Positions 39,869 to 48,011 of a DNA stretch of 64,000 nucleotides are shown one piece after another. Positions within the stretch are counted from its first letter, which is position 1. Every line of letters starts with the position of its first letter. This DNA is from an uncultured delta proteobacterium (GTDB lineage Bacteria > Myxococcota_A > Polyangia > Polyangiales > Polyangiaceae), in assembly GCA_963782055.1 (NCBI GenBank), contig CAWAIF010000003.1, forward strand, positions 5,440,001 to 5,504,000, in the 5' to 3' direction. The position numbers and the translations under genes were made by a program. The notes under the pieces are model-generated. The model ran no database searches. It was not told the DNA's origin and was given only the letters and a program-made list of their open reading frames with translations.

Positions 39869-39896
39869 GACGCCATCGGCGACGCCGTCCTGACGC
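39869..39896 (-). promoter_or_regulatory. Putative ECF-sigma-type promoter/regulatory motif (copy 1) upstream of the tRNA-Arg/HNH/tRNA-Ser unit
   Basis: Minus strand GCGTCAGGACG-G-CGT-C-GCC-GATGG-CGTC, i.e. CGTCAGG-N16-CGTC; same motif and spacing as 47900-47927. Confidence 0.55.
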
Positions 39897-39947
39897 CGGT
39901 GTTGCCTGCGAGAGACGCGAGGCGTGGGCTGCCGGTAGAGTGATCCC

Positions 39948-41117
39948 ATGCGGTTGGTGCGAAGGGGCCTCGTCGCGACCGGCGTTCTGGTCGCCGCTGG
40001 CGCGGCGGCGTGCTCGGTGCTCACGCCGCTGGACGACCTCACGCAGGGCTACGACGCTGGCGCCGACTCGCCCGCGGCGCCGCGCTGCGAGGGCGGCCTC
40101 GCCGCGTGCAACGGCGCGTGCGTCGACCTGTCCTCTGACGGCCGCAACTGCGGGCGCTGCGGCCACGACTGCGTCGGTGGAGGGTGCTCGGCGTCGGCGT
40201 GCCTGCCCCTGACAATCGCCACCGGCCAGCACTCGCCCTTCGGCATCGCGGTGGACGCGACGCGCGTGTACTGGGCGAACAACGACTACAAGGCCTCCTT
40301 CGCGAGCTGTCCCATCACGGGGTGCGCGGACGGCGGAGTCACCACGCTCCTCGACAACCAGGATCTCCCGGCCGACGTCTTCGTATCTGGCGGCAAGCTC
40401 TACATGACCGACTACGGTGTCAGCGGCGACGCGGGCGGACCGGGGCTGGTGCTCTCCTGCGATCCCACCAACTGCGCGGCCACGCTGGCCACGATCACCT
40501 CCACGACGCCCGACAACCCCGTGGCCGTCGTGGCGGACAAGAGCTCGGTGTTCTGGACCAACGCCAAGGACGGGACCATCGGCACGTGCAGCGCGATCGG
40601 GTGCGTCTCGCCCGGCACCTTCGCGAAGGACAAGGGCGGTGGGCCGTGGTACGGCCTCGCGATCGCGGGCAACGGCGTGTACTGGACGAGCGACGTGCCC
40701 GACGCCGGCGCGGTGAACCGCTGCGACGTCGGCGGGTGCGCCGCGCCGACGCTCGTCTCGAGCAGCCCCGGCCGCCCGTTCGACCTCGCCGTCTTCGGGG
40801 ACTCGGTCTACTGGACCACCGGCGCCGGCGGCCAGGTCCTTCGCTGTCCGCTCGCCGGCTGCAGCACGCCCCAGATCTTCGCCGACAACCAGGCGGCGCC
40901 GGCGGGCATCGCCGCCGACGCCTCCGGCGTCTACTGGTTGAACCAGGCTTCCGGCACCGTGCTGCGCTGCGACCTGCAGGGCTGCGGCGCGAACGGGCCG
41001 GCGGTGCTCGCGGGCGGTCAGGGCGCGCCATGGGAGATCGTGCTCGACGCCACCAGCCTCTACTGGGGAGACTCCGCGAGCGCGGACGGGCGCGTCATGC
41101 GCCTCGCGAAGCCGTGA
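39948..41117 (+). CDS. Lipoprotein with myxobacterial Cys-rich module and YWTD-like beta-propeller
   Basis: Lipobox AAAC; CNGACVDLSSDGRNCGRCGHDC; about seven repeats of P..IA.D...VYW(T/A). Confidence 0.85.
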   Translation: MRLVRRGLVATGVLVAAGAAACSVLTPLDDLTQGYDAGADSPAAPRCEGGLAACNGACVDLSSDGRNCGRCGHDCVGGGCSASACLPLTIATGQHSPFGIAVDATRVYWANNDYKASFASCPITGCADGGVTTLLDNQDLPADVFVSGGKLYMTDYGVSGDAGGPGLVLSCDPTNCAATLATITSTTPDNPVAVVADKSSVFWTNAKDGTIGTCSAIGCVSPGTFAKDKGGGPWYGLAIAGNGVYWTSDVPDAGAVNRCDVGGCAAPTLVSSSPGRPFDLAVFGDSVYWTTGAGGQVLRCPLAGCSTPQIFADNQAAPAGIAADASGVYWLNQASGTVLRCDLQGCGANGPAVLAGGQGAPWEIVLDATSLYWGDSASADGRVMRLAKP

Positions 41118-41163
41118 CCGGCCACGATTGACCCGCCCGCCCGCGGGGTCCGATAGTCAGAGG

Positions 41164-42450
41164 ATGCGCCGACTGCTGCTCTTCCTCGTCCCGATCACCC
41201 TCGTCGCGGGCTGCAAGAAGCACCCGCCGCCTGTGGCCACGCACGACCCGGCAGCCCCGGCGTCAGCGCGCTCGTCGTCGGCCGCGTCCGCGTCGGCGGC
41301 GAAGCCGAAGCCGGCGGCGCCGCGCCCCGTTCCCTCGCAGACGTGCACGCTCGACCCGCCACGAGGCGTTGTGGTCACGGCTTCCGGTCACGGCGGCTAC
41401 GACCACGACATCGCCGCGTCGAAGGCCGGGGTGGTCGTCGGGTGGCTCGAGTCGGTGCCCTCGAAGGACATCCCCGACTACTCCGCGCGCGTCGAGATGG
41501 TGCGCGCGTTCGACGCGTCGCTCGTCCCGGCGGGTCCGCCCGACGAGATCGCGCACGACGATCCGAGCGGCGGCTTCATCACCGCGGTCGCGCCCTGGGC
41601 GAACGACGGCACGCTCGGGACGGGGACGTGTCAGTTTGCCGCGGAGGCGAGCGACCTCGAGTGCAGCGTGGACCGGCTGAAGGGCAAGACGCTGGGCGCC
41701 TTCGAGGTCAAGCCCTTCGACACGCCGCCGGGGGATCACGTCGCGGTCGCGGCGGTGGGCGCGAAGGCCGTGCTCCTCCACAGCTACTGCAGCATCGTGG
41801 AGTCCTTCGCGACCAGCGAGGACGCGTCGCACGAGCTCAGGGGCGGCAGCGAGGACGATCACTACTGCGAGGGCAACGCCGGGGTCGACGTCCTCGCGGT
41901 CACGGCCACCACGGGGGGCCACGCCTTCGGCGCCTGGCGGCGCAAGGGGGTCATCGAGGGTCGGGAGATCGCCCCGGACGGCAAGCCGTCGGGGAAGGTC
42001 GTCAGGCTCAGCGCGCCGGGCCGGATGGTGGGGGCGCCAACGGTCCGCTGGGACGGCACGCAGGCGATCGCCGCGTACGCGTCGCGGGCGAAGGCGAGCG
42101 ACCCGTGGAAGATCACCTTCGCGAAGTGGAAGCCCGGCGCGACGGTGGTGCGCGCGGCGGTCGACACCGGCGCCGAGCCGGCGATGGCCCCCGCGCTCGC
42201 CGCCACCTCCGACCCGGCGTGCGTGCTGATGTCGTGGACGGAGGGCCGCGGCCACGGCACGCGCGGCCATGCCGCCCACGTCTGCGCCGACGCCCTGGTC
42301 CAGGCGAGCAAGGTCGACGTCTCCGGCGCGGGCATGGAGGCGGGTGACACCGAGCTGGCGGCCGCGCCCAACGGGGCGTACGTGGTCTGGCAGGAGGTGC
42401 CGGCGAAGGGCCCCGCGGACCTGCGCGTCGCGCGGCTGCGCTGCAGGTAG
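41164..42450 (+). CDS. Hypothetical lipoprotein
   Basis: MRRLLLFLVPITLVAGC lipobox, Pro/Ala/Ser linker, beta-rich repeats ending in V.W.E. Confidence 0.7.
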   Translation: MRRLLLFLVPITLVAGCKKHPPPVATHDPAAPASARSSSAASASAAKPKPAAPRPVPSQTCTLDPPRGVVVTASGHGGYDHDIAASKAGVVVGWLESVPSKDIPDYSARVEMVRAFDASLVPAGPPDEIAHDDPSGGFITAVAPWANDGTLGTGTCQFAAEASDLECSVDRLKGKTLGAFEVKPFDTPPGDHVAVAAVGAKAVLLHSYCSIVESFATSEDASHELRGGSEDDHYCEGNAGVDVLAVTATTGGHAFGAWRRKGVIEGREIAPDGKPSGKVVRLSAPGRMVGAPTVRWDGTQAIAAYASRAKASDPWKITFAKWKPGATVVRAAVDTGAEPAMAPALAATSDPACVLMSWTEGRGHGTRGHAAHVCADALVQASKVDVSGAGMEAGDTELAAAPNGAYVVWQEVPAKGPADLRVARLRCR

Positions 42451-42545
42451 TACACCGGCCACCTCGACCGGGACCTGTCAATGATTCCGACACCTTCGCG
42501 ACGCGCCGGGGCCTAGCCGCATCGAAGGCCGTGTGATACCTTCGT

Positions 42546-42574
42546 TCGCAAAGTGAATCTTCGTTCACCTGCGA
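42546..42574. promoter_or_regulatory. Palindromic operator-like site upstream of the emrA-like gene
   Basis: TCGCA-AA-GTGAA-TCTTCG-TTCAC-C-TGCGA nested inverted repeat about 75 nt before the ATG. Confidence 0.4.
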
Positions 42575-42646
42575 TCTTCGCGGCGCCGCGCACCGTCCGA
42601 GCGCCCGCCTGACGGCACGAGCGAGGGGTCCCAAGGAGACCACTGC

Positions 42647-43883
42647 ATGACGACCGCGAACTCAGAGACGCTCCCGGCCCACACCGCGGAGAAGGGGGAG
42701 GCCCCCGCCGCTCCAGCGAAGAAGCGGAGCACGCGGCCGTACATCATCCTCGGCACCATCATCGCGGTGGGCCTCGTCGGCTACGGCATCTTCTCCGCGG
42801 CCACGCGAGGCCATCAGTCGACCGACGACGCGCAGGTGGACGCCAACGTGGTGCCCGTCTCCGCCCGCGTGGGCGGCCAGGTCTTCAAGGTACTCGTCGG
42901 CGACAACGAGCCGGTCAAGAAGGACCAGCCCATCGTCCAGATCGACAAGTCGGACTACCAGAATCCGGCTCAAGCAGGCCCAGGCCGAGCAGGCCGCGGC
43001 CGAGGCCCAGGCGGCGGCCGCCGACGCGCAGGTGCTCATCGTCGCGGCCACCTCCAAAGGCGGGCTGTCGGCGGCGAAGGCGCTGGTCAGCGGCTCGGCC
43101 ACTTCGGTCAGCTCGGCGGCCGCACAGATCGCGTCGGCCCGGGCGTCGCTCGCCCGCGCGCAGGCGGAGGACTCCCGCGCCCAGACGGATCTCGCCCGCG
43201 CCCAGTCGCTCCGCAAGGACGACGCCATCCCGCAGGCGCAGCTCGACACCGCGCGCGCCAACGCCGCGGCGTCCAGCGCCGCCGTCGCGCAGGCGCAGGC
43301 GCAGCTCTCCGCAGCGGAGGAGTCGAAGAGCGCCGCCCAGACGCGCGTGACCGAGGCGAAGGGTCGCCTGGAGCAGAGCACGCCGGTGGACGCCCAGCTC
43401 GCCGCCGCCAAGGCCAACGCCGACCTCGCCCACGCCCGCGCGGACGCCGCCAAGCAGGCGGTGGAGCTCGCCAAGCAGCAGCTCTCGTACACCACGATCG
43501 TCGCCCCGGCCGATGGCGTCCTCTCCAAGCTCGCGGTGCGCGAGGGCCAGCTCGTGCAGCCCGGCAGCCAGATCGTGAGCGTGGTGCCCTCCGCCACCTA
43601 CGTCGTCGCCAACTTCAAGGAGACGCAGGTCGGGCAGATGCAGAAGGGCCAGCACGCAGAGATCGAGGTGGACGCCTACCCCGGCCGCAAGTTCGAGGGC
43701 GTGGTGGAGTCCACGTCCCCCGGCACCGGCGCCCGCTTCTCGCTCATGCCGCCGGACAACGCGTCAGGCAACTTCGTCAAGGTCGTGCAGCGCGTCCCGG
43801 TGAAGATCGCCTGGTCGAACCTGCCGCCGGACGTGCACATGGCGGCGGGTCTGTCGGCGGACGTGACCGTCCTCACTCGCTAA
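42647..43883 (+). pseudogene. EmrA/HlyD-family membrane fusion protein with a one-base frameshift (assembly error or pseudogene)
   Basis: N-half STDDAQVDANVVPVSARVGGQV (ORF 42647) and C-half VVANFKETQV...PPDNASGNFVKVVQRVPVKI (ORF 43032) join if one A at 42962-42963 is removed (CAG A ATC CGG CTC AAG). Confidence 0.85.
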
Positions 43884-43896
43884 CCCCAAGGTGCTC

Positions 43897-45444
43897 ATGA
43901 AAGGTCCCCATCGGCTCGGCGGTCGTGCGCTCGGCGCCGCCGCGATGCTGCTCTCGCTCGCCGCGGCCCCGGCCGCGCTCGCACAGGCTCCGGCGACCGG
44001 TGCGCCCCGTCCCGACACGGGCGCCGGGACGCCCTCGCCGGCCGGCACCGGTAGCGCGACGCCGCCGCCGGCCGACACCGGTAGCGCGACGCCGCCGCCG
44101 GCCGACACCGGTAGCGCGACGCCGCCGCCGGCCGACACCGGTAGCGCGACGCCGCCGCCGGCCGACACCGGTAGCGCGACGCCGCCGCCGGCCGCGCCTC
44201 CACCCGCGGCCGGTCCGGTCCTCGCCTTGAGCGACTGCGTCTCGTACGCGCTCGCGCACAACCCCGACGTGCTCACCAGCGACAAGCAGGTGGACGAGGC
44301 GCGCGCGTCCCGCGCGGAGACCGCGGGCCACTTCGGGCCGAAGGTCCAGCTCGACGGCAACCTGCAGATCTGGGACGGCCCCTTCCAGATCAACTTCGGC
44401 GGCGGGTCGATCCAGGTGCGCGACCAGTTCACCTGGACCGCATCCGCTTCGCTGATCCAGCCGCTGACGCCGCTCTTCGTGATCTACGACGAGTACAAGC
44501 TGCGCGACTACGGCGTGGACGTGGCGCAGATCCAGAAGAACGCCACGCGCCGCGACGTGGCGTTTCGCGTGGCCGAGGCGTACCTGCGGCTGCTGGAGGC
44601 CACCCGCCTCTCCAGCGTGGCGACCACCTCGGTGGACGAGCTCATGGGACAGCAGCGCCAGGCGGAGTCCCTGCACCAGAACGGCGTCATCGGCAAGAAC
44701 GACCTCCTGCGCGCGGTGCTCGCCGTCGCCAACGCGCGTCAGCTCGTGATCCAGTCGCGCGGCATGGTCACCCTCGCGCAGGGGCGGCTGGAGATGCTGA
44801 TGGGGCGGCGTCACGACGCGCCGTTCGAACCGGTGCCCTACACCAACGCGCCACCTCCGCTCGAGCCGTCGACGGTCGCCGACGCCGAGACGCAGGCCGC
44901 GACGAAGCGGATGGAGCTGGTCTCGCTGGACCGGCGGATCGACCAGGCGGGCATGGCCCTCTCCGTCGCCAAGCTGAAGCTCCTGCCGCAGGTGAACGCC
45001 ATGGGCACCTACCAGCACTTCGACGGCTCCGCGTTCCAGCAGCACGACGCCGCGTTCGTCGGGCTCACGGGCACGTGGGACATCTGGGACTGGGGCACCA
45101 CCTGGAACGGCATCAAGGAGGCGCGCGCGCGGAAGGACCAGGCGCAGCTCGCGCGGACCAAGCTGGAGGACGAGGTCCGCCTGGAGGCGCGCCAGGCGTT
45201 CGTCAACGCGAACACGGCGAGGGACGCGCTGGCGGTGGCCAAGACCGCCGTGACCCAGGCGGAGGAGAACTACCGCATCGTGACCAAGCGGTTCCAGGCC
45301 GCCGCCGGCACCTCCTTCGACGTCGTCGACGCCGAGACGCTCCTGACCCGTGCCCGCGCCCAGGTGGAGACGGCGACGTACGACTACCTCATCGCCCGCT
45401 CTGCCCTGCAGCGGGCGACCGGGGCGACGACGCCGCGCCTCTGA
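43897..45444 (+). CDS. TolC-family outer-membrane efflux protein
   Basis: Signal peptide, repeat linker, LSDCVSYALAHNPDV, VAEAYLRLL, LLPQVN, WDIWDWG, AEENYRIVTKRF..GTSFDVVDAE. Confidence 0.9.
   Translation: MKGPHRLGGRALGAAAMLLSLAAAPAALAQAPATGAPRPDTGAGTPSPAGTGSATPPPADTGSATPPPADTGSATPPPADTGSATPPPADTGSATPPPAAPPPAAGPVLALSDCVSYALAHNPDVLTSDKQVDEARASRAETAGHFGPKVQLDGNLQIWDGPFQINFGGGSIQVRDQFTWTASASLIQPLTPLFVIYDEYKLRDYGVDVAQIQKNATRRDVAFRVAEAYLRLLEATRLSSVATTSVDELMGQQRQAESLHQNGVIGKNDLLRAVLAVANARQLVIQSRGMVTLAQGRLEMLMGRRHDAPFEPVPYTNAPPPLEPSTVADAETQAATKRMELVSLDRRIDQAGMALSVAKLKLLPQVNAMGTYQHFDGSAFQQHDAAFVGLTGTWDIWDWGTTWNGIKEARARKDQAQLARTKLEDEVRLEARQAFVNANTARDALAVAKTAVTQAEENYRIVTKRFQAAAGTSFDVVDAETLLTRARAQVETATYDYLIARSALQRATGATTPRL
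44041..44190 (+). repeat. 30-bp tandem repeat, five copies, in frame within tolC
   Basis: GCCGACACCGGTAGCGCGACGCCGCCGCCG x5 (first copy has one mismatch), encoding ADTGSATPPP. Confidence 0.95.
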
Positions 45445-45452
45445 GCCGCGTT

Positions 45453-45540
45453 CCCCCCCCTGTCCGCCCCTGTCCGCCGTCCCCTGTCCCGCCTGTCCGC
45501 CCTGTCCCGCCTGTCCCGCCTGTCCCCCCTCCCTGTCCCC
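45453..45540. repeat. Degenerate CCTGTCC tandem array (8 copies, mostly 9-10 nt period)
   Basis: TGTCC starts at 45461, 45471, 45485, 45494, 45503, 45512, 45521 and 45534 in a C-rich, A-free tract. Confidence 0.85.
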
Positions 45541-45640
45541 GGACACCCAACGTCGAAGTGCGAGGGTACTTGCAGTGCGACGTTTCCCCTGAAATCTGCA
45601 GGGAGGGGGGGGTGGCATGGGGGGTGCTCTGGGGGTGTGG

Positions 45641-46207
45641 ATGGACCCTGTGTTCTTCACGATCAAGCGGGCCTATTACGCGACGCTGAAGCTGACGCGG
45701 CGGGCGCTGGCGGCGCTCGGGCTGACGTCCGCGCGCTACGATCTGCTCGACGCGCTGTACCGACTGGGCACGCGCACCAGTCCCTTCCAGAGCGACCTGC
45801 GGCGGGCGCTCGGGGTCGCGCGGTCCACCATCAGCGTGATGATGCGAGCGCTCGAGCGGATCGGGCTGGTGAGACGGCGGCGTAGCGGGCGGGACATGCT
45901 CGTCGAGCTCACGCCGGAGGGGCGGCGGTGCGTACGGAGGGCGTTCTTCGGGCTGGTGCTGGTGGGGCACGTCAGCGCGGCACTGGACGGGGCGCTCGCG
46001 CCCGGGGGGCGTCGGTGGCCGGCCGCCCGCGCGTGCGCGCGGGCGCGCCGACACCTCGAGGTGCTCTGCCTGCGCATTCGCGACGGATTCGGCGACGACG
46101 CCGAGCTGGACCGCCTCGGCAGCGCCTGGTGGTGCCGCGAGCAGGACCGGCTGCTCCGGCTGCGCCTGCGCCGCGAGCGGCGCCAGGGGAGCCTGGACGG
46201 CCCGTGA
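45641..46207 (+). CDS. MarR-family winged-helix regulator
   Basis: LGLTSARYDLL, QSDLRRALGVARSTISVMMRALERIGLVRR, VELTPEGR. Confidence 0.8.
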   Translation: MDPVFFTIKRAYYATLKLTRRALAALGLTSARYDLLDALYRLGTRTSPFQSDLRRALGVARSTISVMMRALERIGLVRRRRSGRDMLVELTPEGRRCVRRAFFGLVLVGHVSAALDGALAPGGRRWPAARACARARRHLEVLCLRIRDGFGDDAELDRLGSAWWCREQDRLLRLRLRRERRQGSLDGP

Positions 46208-46327
46208 CGTAACCACCTGCGTGACGCCGCGCCGCTCCACTTCGGCGCGTCGACGACGGTCGCGAGCCGGGGCTGGTCTGCCGAGCCCGAGGACCTTACC
46301 GTCGAGACTTCGACCGGAGGTGTCCCG

Positions 46328-47761
46328 ATGCTCAAGCCGCGCTACCCCTACTACCTCGCCAACCACGCGCTGGAGCCCAACGCCGACCTGGTCGTGCACG
46401 ACAAGTACACCGGCGAGGTGGCCACGCGCGTCGCGCTCGCCGACGCTCCGGTGATCGAGGCGTCGATCGCCGCCGCCGCGCGCGCGGCGAAGGCGATGCG
46501 CGAGCTGCGTCCCTACGACCGGCAGAGGGTCCTCGAGCACTGCGTGGCGCGCTTCCGCGAGCGCGCCGACGAGCTGGCGCTCGCCCTGTGCATCGAGGCG
46601 GGCAAGCCCATCCGCGACGCGCGCGGCGAGGTGGCTCGCCTGGTGGATACCTTCAAGGTCGCCGCCGAGGAAGCGGTGCGCATCGACGGCCAGGTGCTCA
46701 ACCTGGAGATCTCCCCGCGGGCGAAGGGCTTCCGCGGCTTCACGAAGCGCGTGCCGCTCGGGCCGTGCTCCTTCATCACGCCCTTCAACTTCCCCCTCAA
46801 CCTGGTGGCGCACAAGGTCGCGCCGGCGATCGCCGCGGGCTGCCCGTTCGTGCTCAAGCCTTCCGAGCGCACACCCGTCGGCGCGCTCATCGTCGGCGAG
46901 GTCCTCGCCGAGACCGACCTGCCGGAGGGCGCCTTCTCGGTGCTGCCCGCGCTCGTGCACGACGTGGGGCCCTTCGTGGAAGACGACCGGCTTAAGCTGC
47001 TCTCCTTCACCGGCTCGGGCAAGGTGGGCTGGGACCTGAAGGCGCGCGCCGGCCGCAAGAAGGTGGTGCTGGAGCTCGGCGGCAACGCTGCGTGCGTCGT
47101 CGACGCCGACCAGAAGGACCGGCTGGACTTCGTCGTCGAGCGCATCGTCTTCGGCGGCTACTACCAGTCGGGGCAAAGCTGCATCTCGGTGCAGCGCGTC
47201 CTCGTGCACGAGAGCCTTTACGACGCCGTGCGCGAGCGCCTGGTGGCCAAGGTGTCCGGCCTGGTCGCCGGTAACCCGCGCGACGAGACCACCTTCCTCG
47301 GCCCGATGATCGACGAGGCGGCGGCGGCGCGACTGGAGGGCTGGATCGAGAGCGCGCGGGCGCGCGGCGCGAAGGTGCTCTGCGGGGGCGGGCGCACGCG
47401 CGCCACGATCCAGGCCGCGGTGCTGGAGAACGTCCCGCGCGACGAGCCGCTTTGGGCGCAAGAGGCCTTCGGCCCGGTCACGGTCCTCGAGCGCTTCTCC
47501 GACTACGAGGACGCGCTGGTCACGGTGAACGACAGCCGGTACGGCCTGCAGGCGGGCGTGTTCACCGACAGCCTCTCGCACGCGACGCGCGCCTGGGACG
47601 AGCTCGAGGTGGGCGGCGTCGTGGTGGGCGACGTGCCGAGCTTCCGCGTCGACAACATGCCCTACGGCGGCGTGAAGGGCTCCGGCCTCGGGCGCGAGGG
47701 CATCCGCTGGGCGATCGAGGACATGACCGAGCCCCGGCTGCTGGTCATCCGCGATCGGTGA
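46328..47761 (+). CDS. Aldehyde dehydrogenase family protein
   Basis: ITPFNFPLNL, LKPSE, FTGSGKVG, LELGGNA, GQSCISVQR, EAFGPV, PYGGVKGSGLGREG; RBS GGAGG. Confidence 0.96.
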   Translation: MLKPRYPYYLANHALEPNADLVVHDKYTGEVATRVALADAPVIEASIAAAARAAKAMRELRPYDRQRVLEHCVARFRERADELALALCIEAGKPIRDARGEVARLVDTFKVAAEEAVRIDGQVLNLEISPRAKGFRGFTKRVPLGPCSFITPFNFPLNLVAHKVAPAIAAGCPFVLKPSERTPVGALIVGEVLAETDLPEGAFSVLPALVHDVGPFVEDDRLKLLSFTGSGKVGWDLKARAGRKKVVLELGGNAACVVDADQKDRLDFVVERIVFGGYYQSGQSCISVQRVLVHESLYDAVRERLVAKVSGLVAGNPRDETTFLGPMIDEAAAARLEGWIESARARGAKVLCGGGRTRATIQAAVLENVPRDEPLWAQEAFGPVTVLERFSDYEDALVTVNDSRYGLQAGVFTDSLSHATRAWDELEVGGVVVGDVPSFRVDNMPYGGVKGSGLGREGIRWAIEDMTEPRLLVIRDR

Positions 47762-47899
47762 GCGCCTCGCGCGGTGGACGGTCAGCGCCACGCGGCAGGA
47801 TCGCGCGGCGGGACCTCTCCGGCGGCGTGTCGAGGGACGCAAGAAGGAGCGCCGCGAGGCGAAGGACCATGAGGTGCGGACGCGACGCCGTCGCGGAGC

Positions 47900-47927
47900 G
47901 CGTCAGGACGCCGTGGCCCCGCTCGTC
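47900..47927 (+). promoter_or_regulatory. Putative ECF-sigma-type promoter/regulatory motif (copy 2) upstream of the tRNA-Cys-like gene
   Basis: GCGTCAGGACG-C-CGT-G-GCC-CCGCT-CGTC (CGTCAGG-N16-CGTC), ending 10 nt before the tRNA-like 5' end. Confidence 0.55.
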
Positions 47928-47937
47928 TCCAGCCGAC

Positions 47938-48009
47938 GAGCCGGTTCTCTGACGAGGAGCGCGGTCTGCAACACCGTGCGCGAGGGTCTGATTCCCTCCC
48001 GGCTCTCCA
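47938..48009 (+). tRNA. Non-canonical tRNA-Cys(GCA)-like gene with encoded CCA
   Basis: GAGCCGG TTCTC-TGAC-GAGGA GC GCGGT CT-GCA-AC ACCGT GCGC GAGGG TCTGATT CCCTC CCGGCTC T CCA. Perfect acceptor and T stems, U73 (Cys identity); minimal D-arm and T-loop TCTGATT. Confidence 0.8.
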
Positions 48010-48011
48010 CC

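Noticed and set aside
42955..42970. Programmed frameshift in the emrA-like gene
   Set aside because: No slippery heptamer or homopolymer run; a single duplicated A is more simply a sequencing or assembly indel, or a recent mutation. Reads are needed to decide.
44041..44190. CRISPR array
   Set aside because: The 30-bp units are contiguous with no spacers and lie in frame within tolC; there are no cas genes in the window.
45453..45540. CsrA/RsmA-sponge sRNA (repeated GGA on the minus strand)
   Set aside because: The repeats read GGGACAGG rather than ANGGA in hairpin loops, and no terminator is evident.
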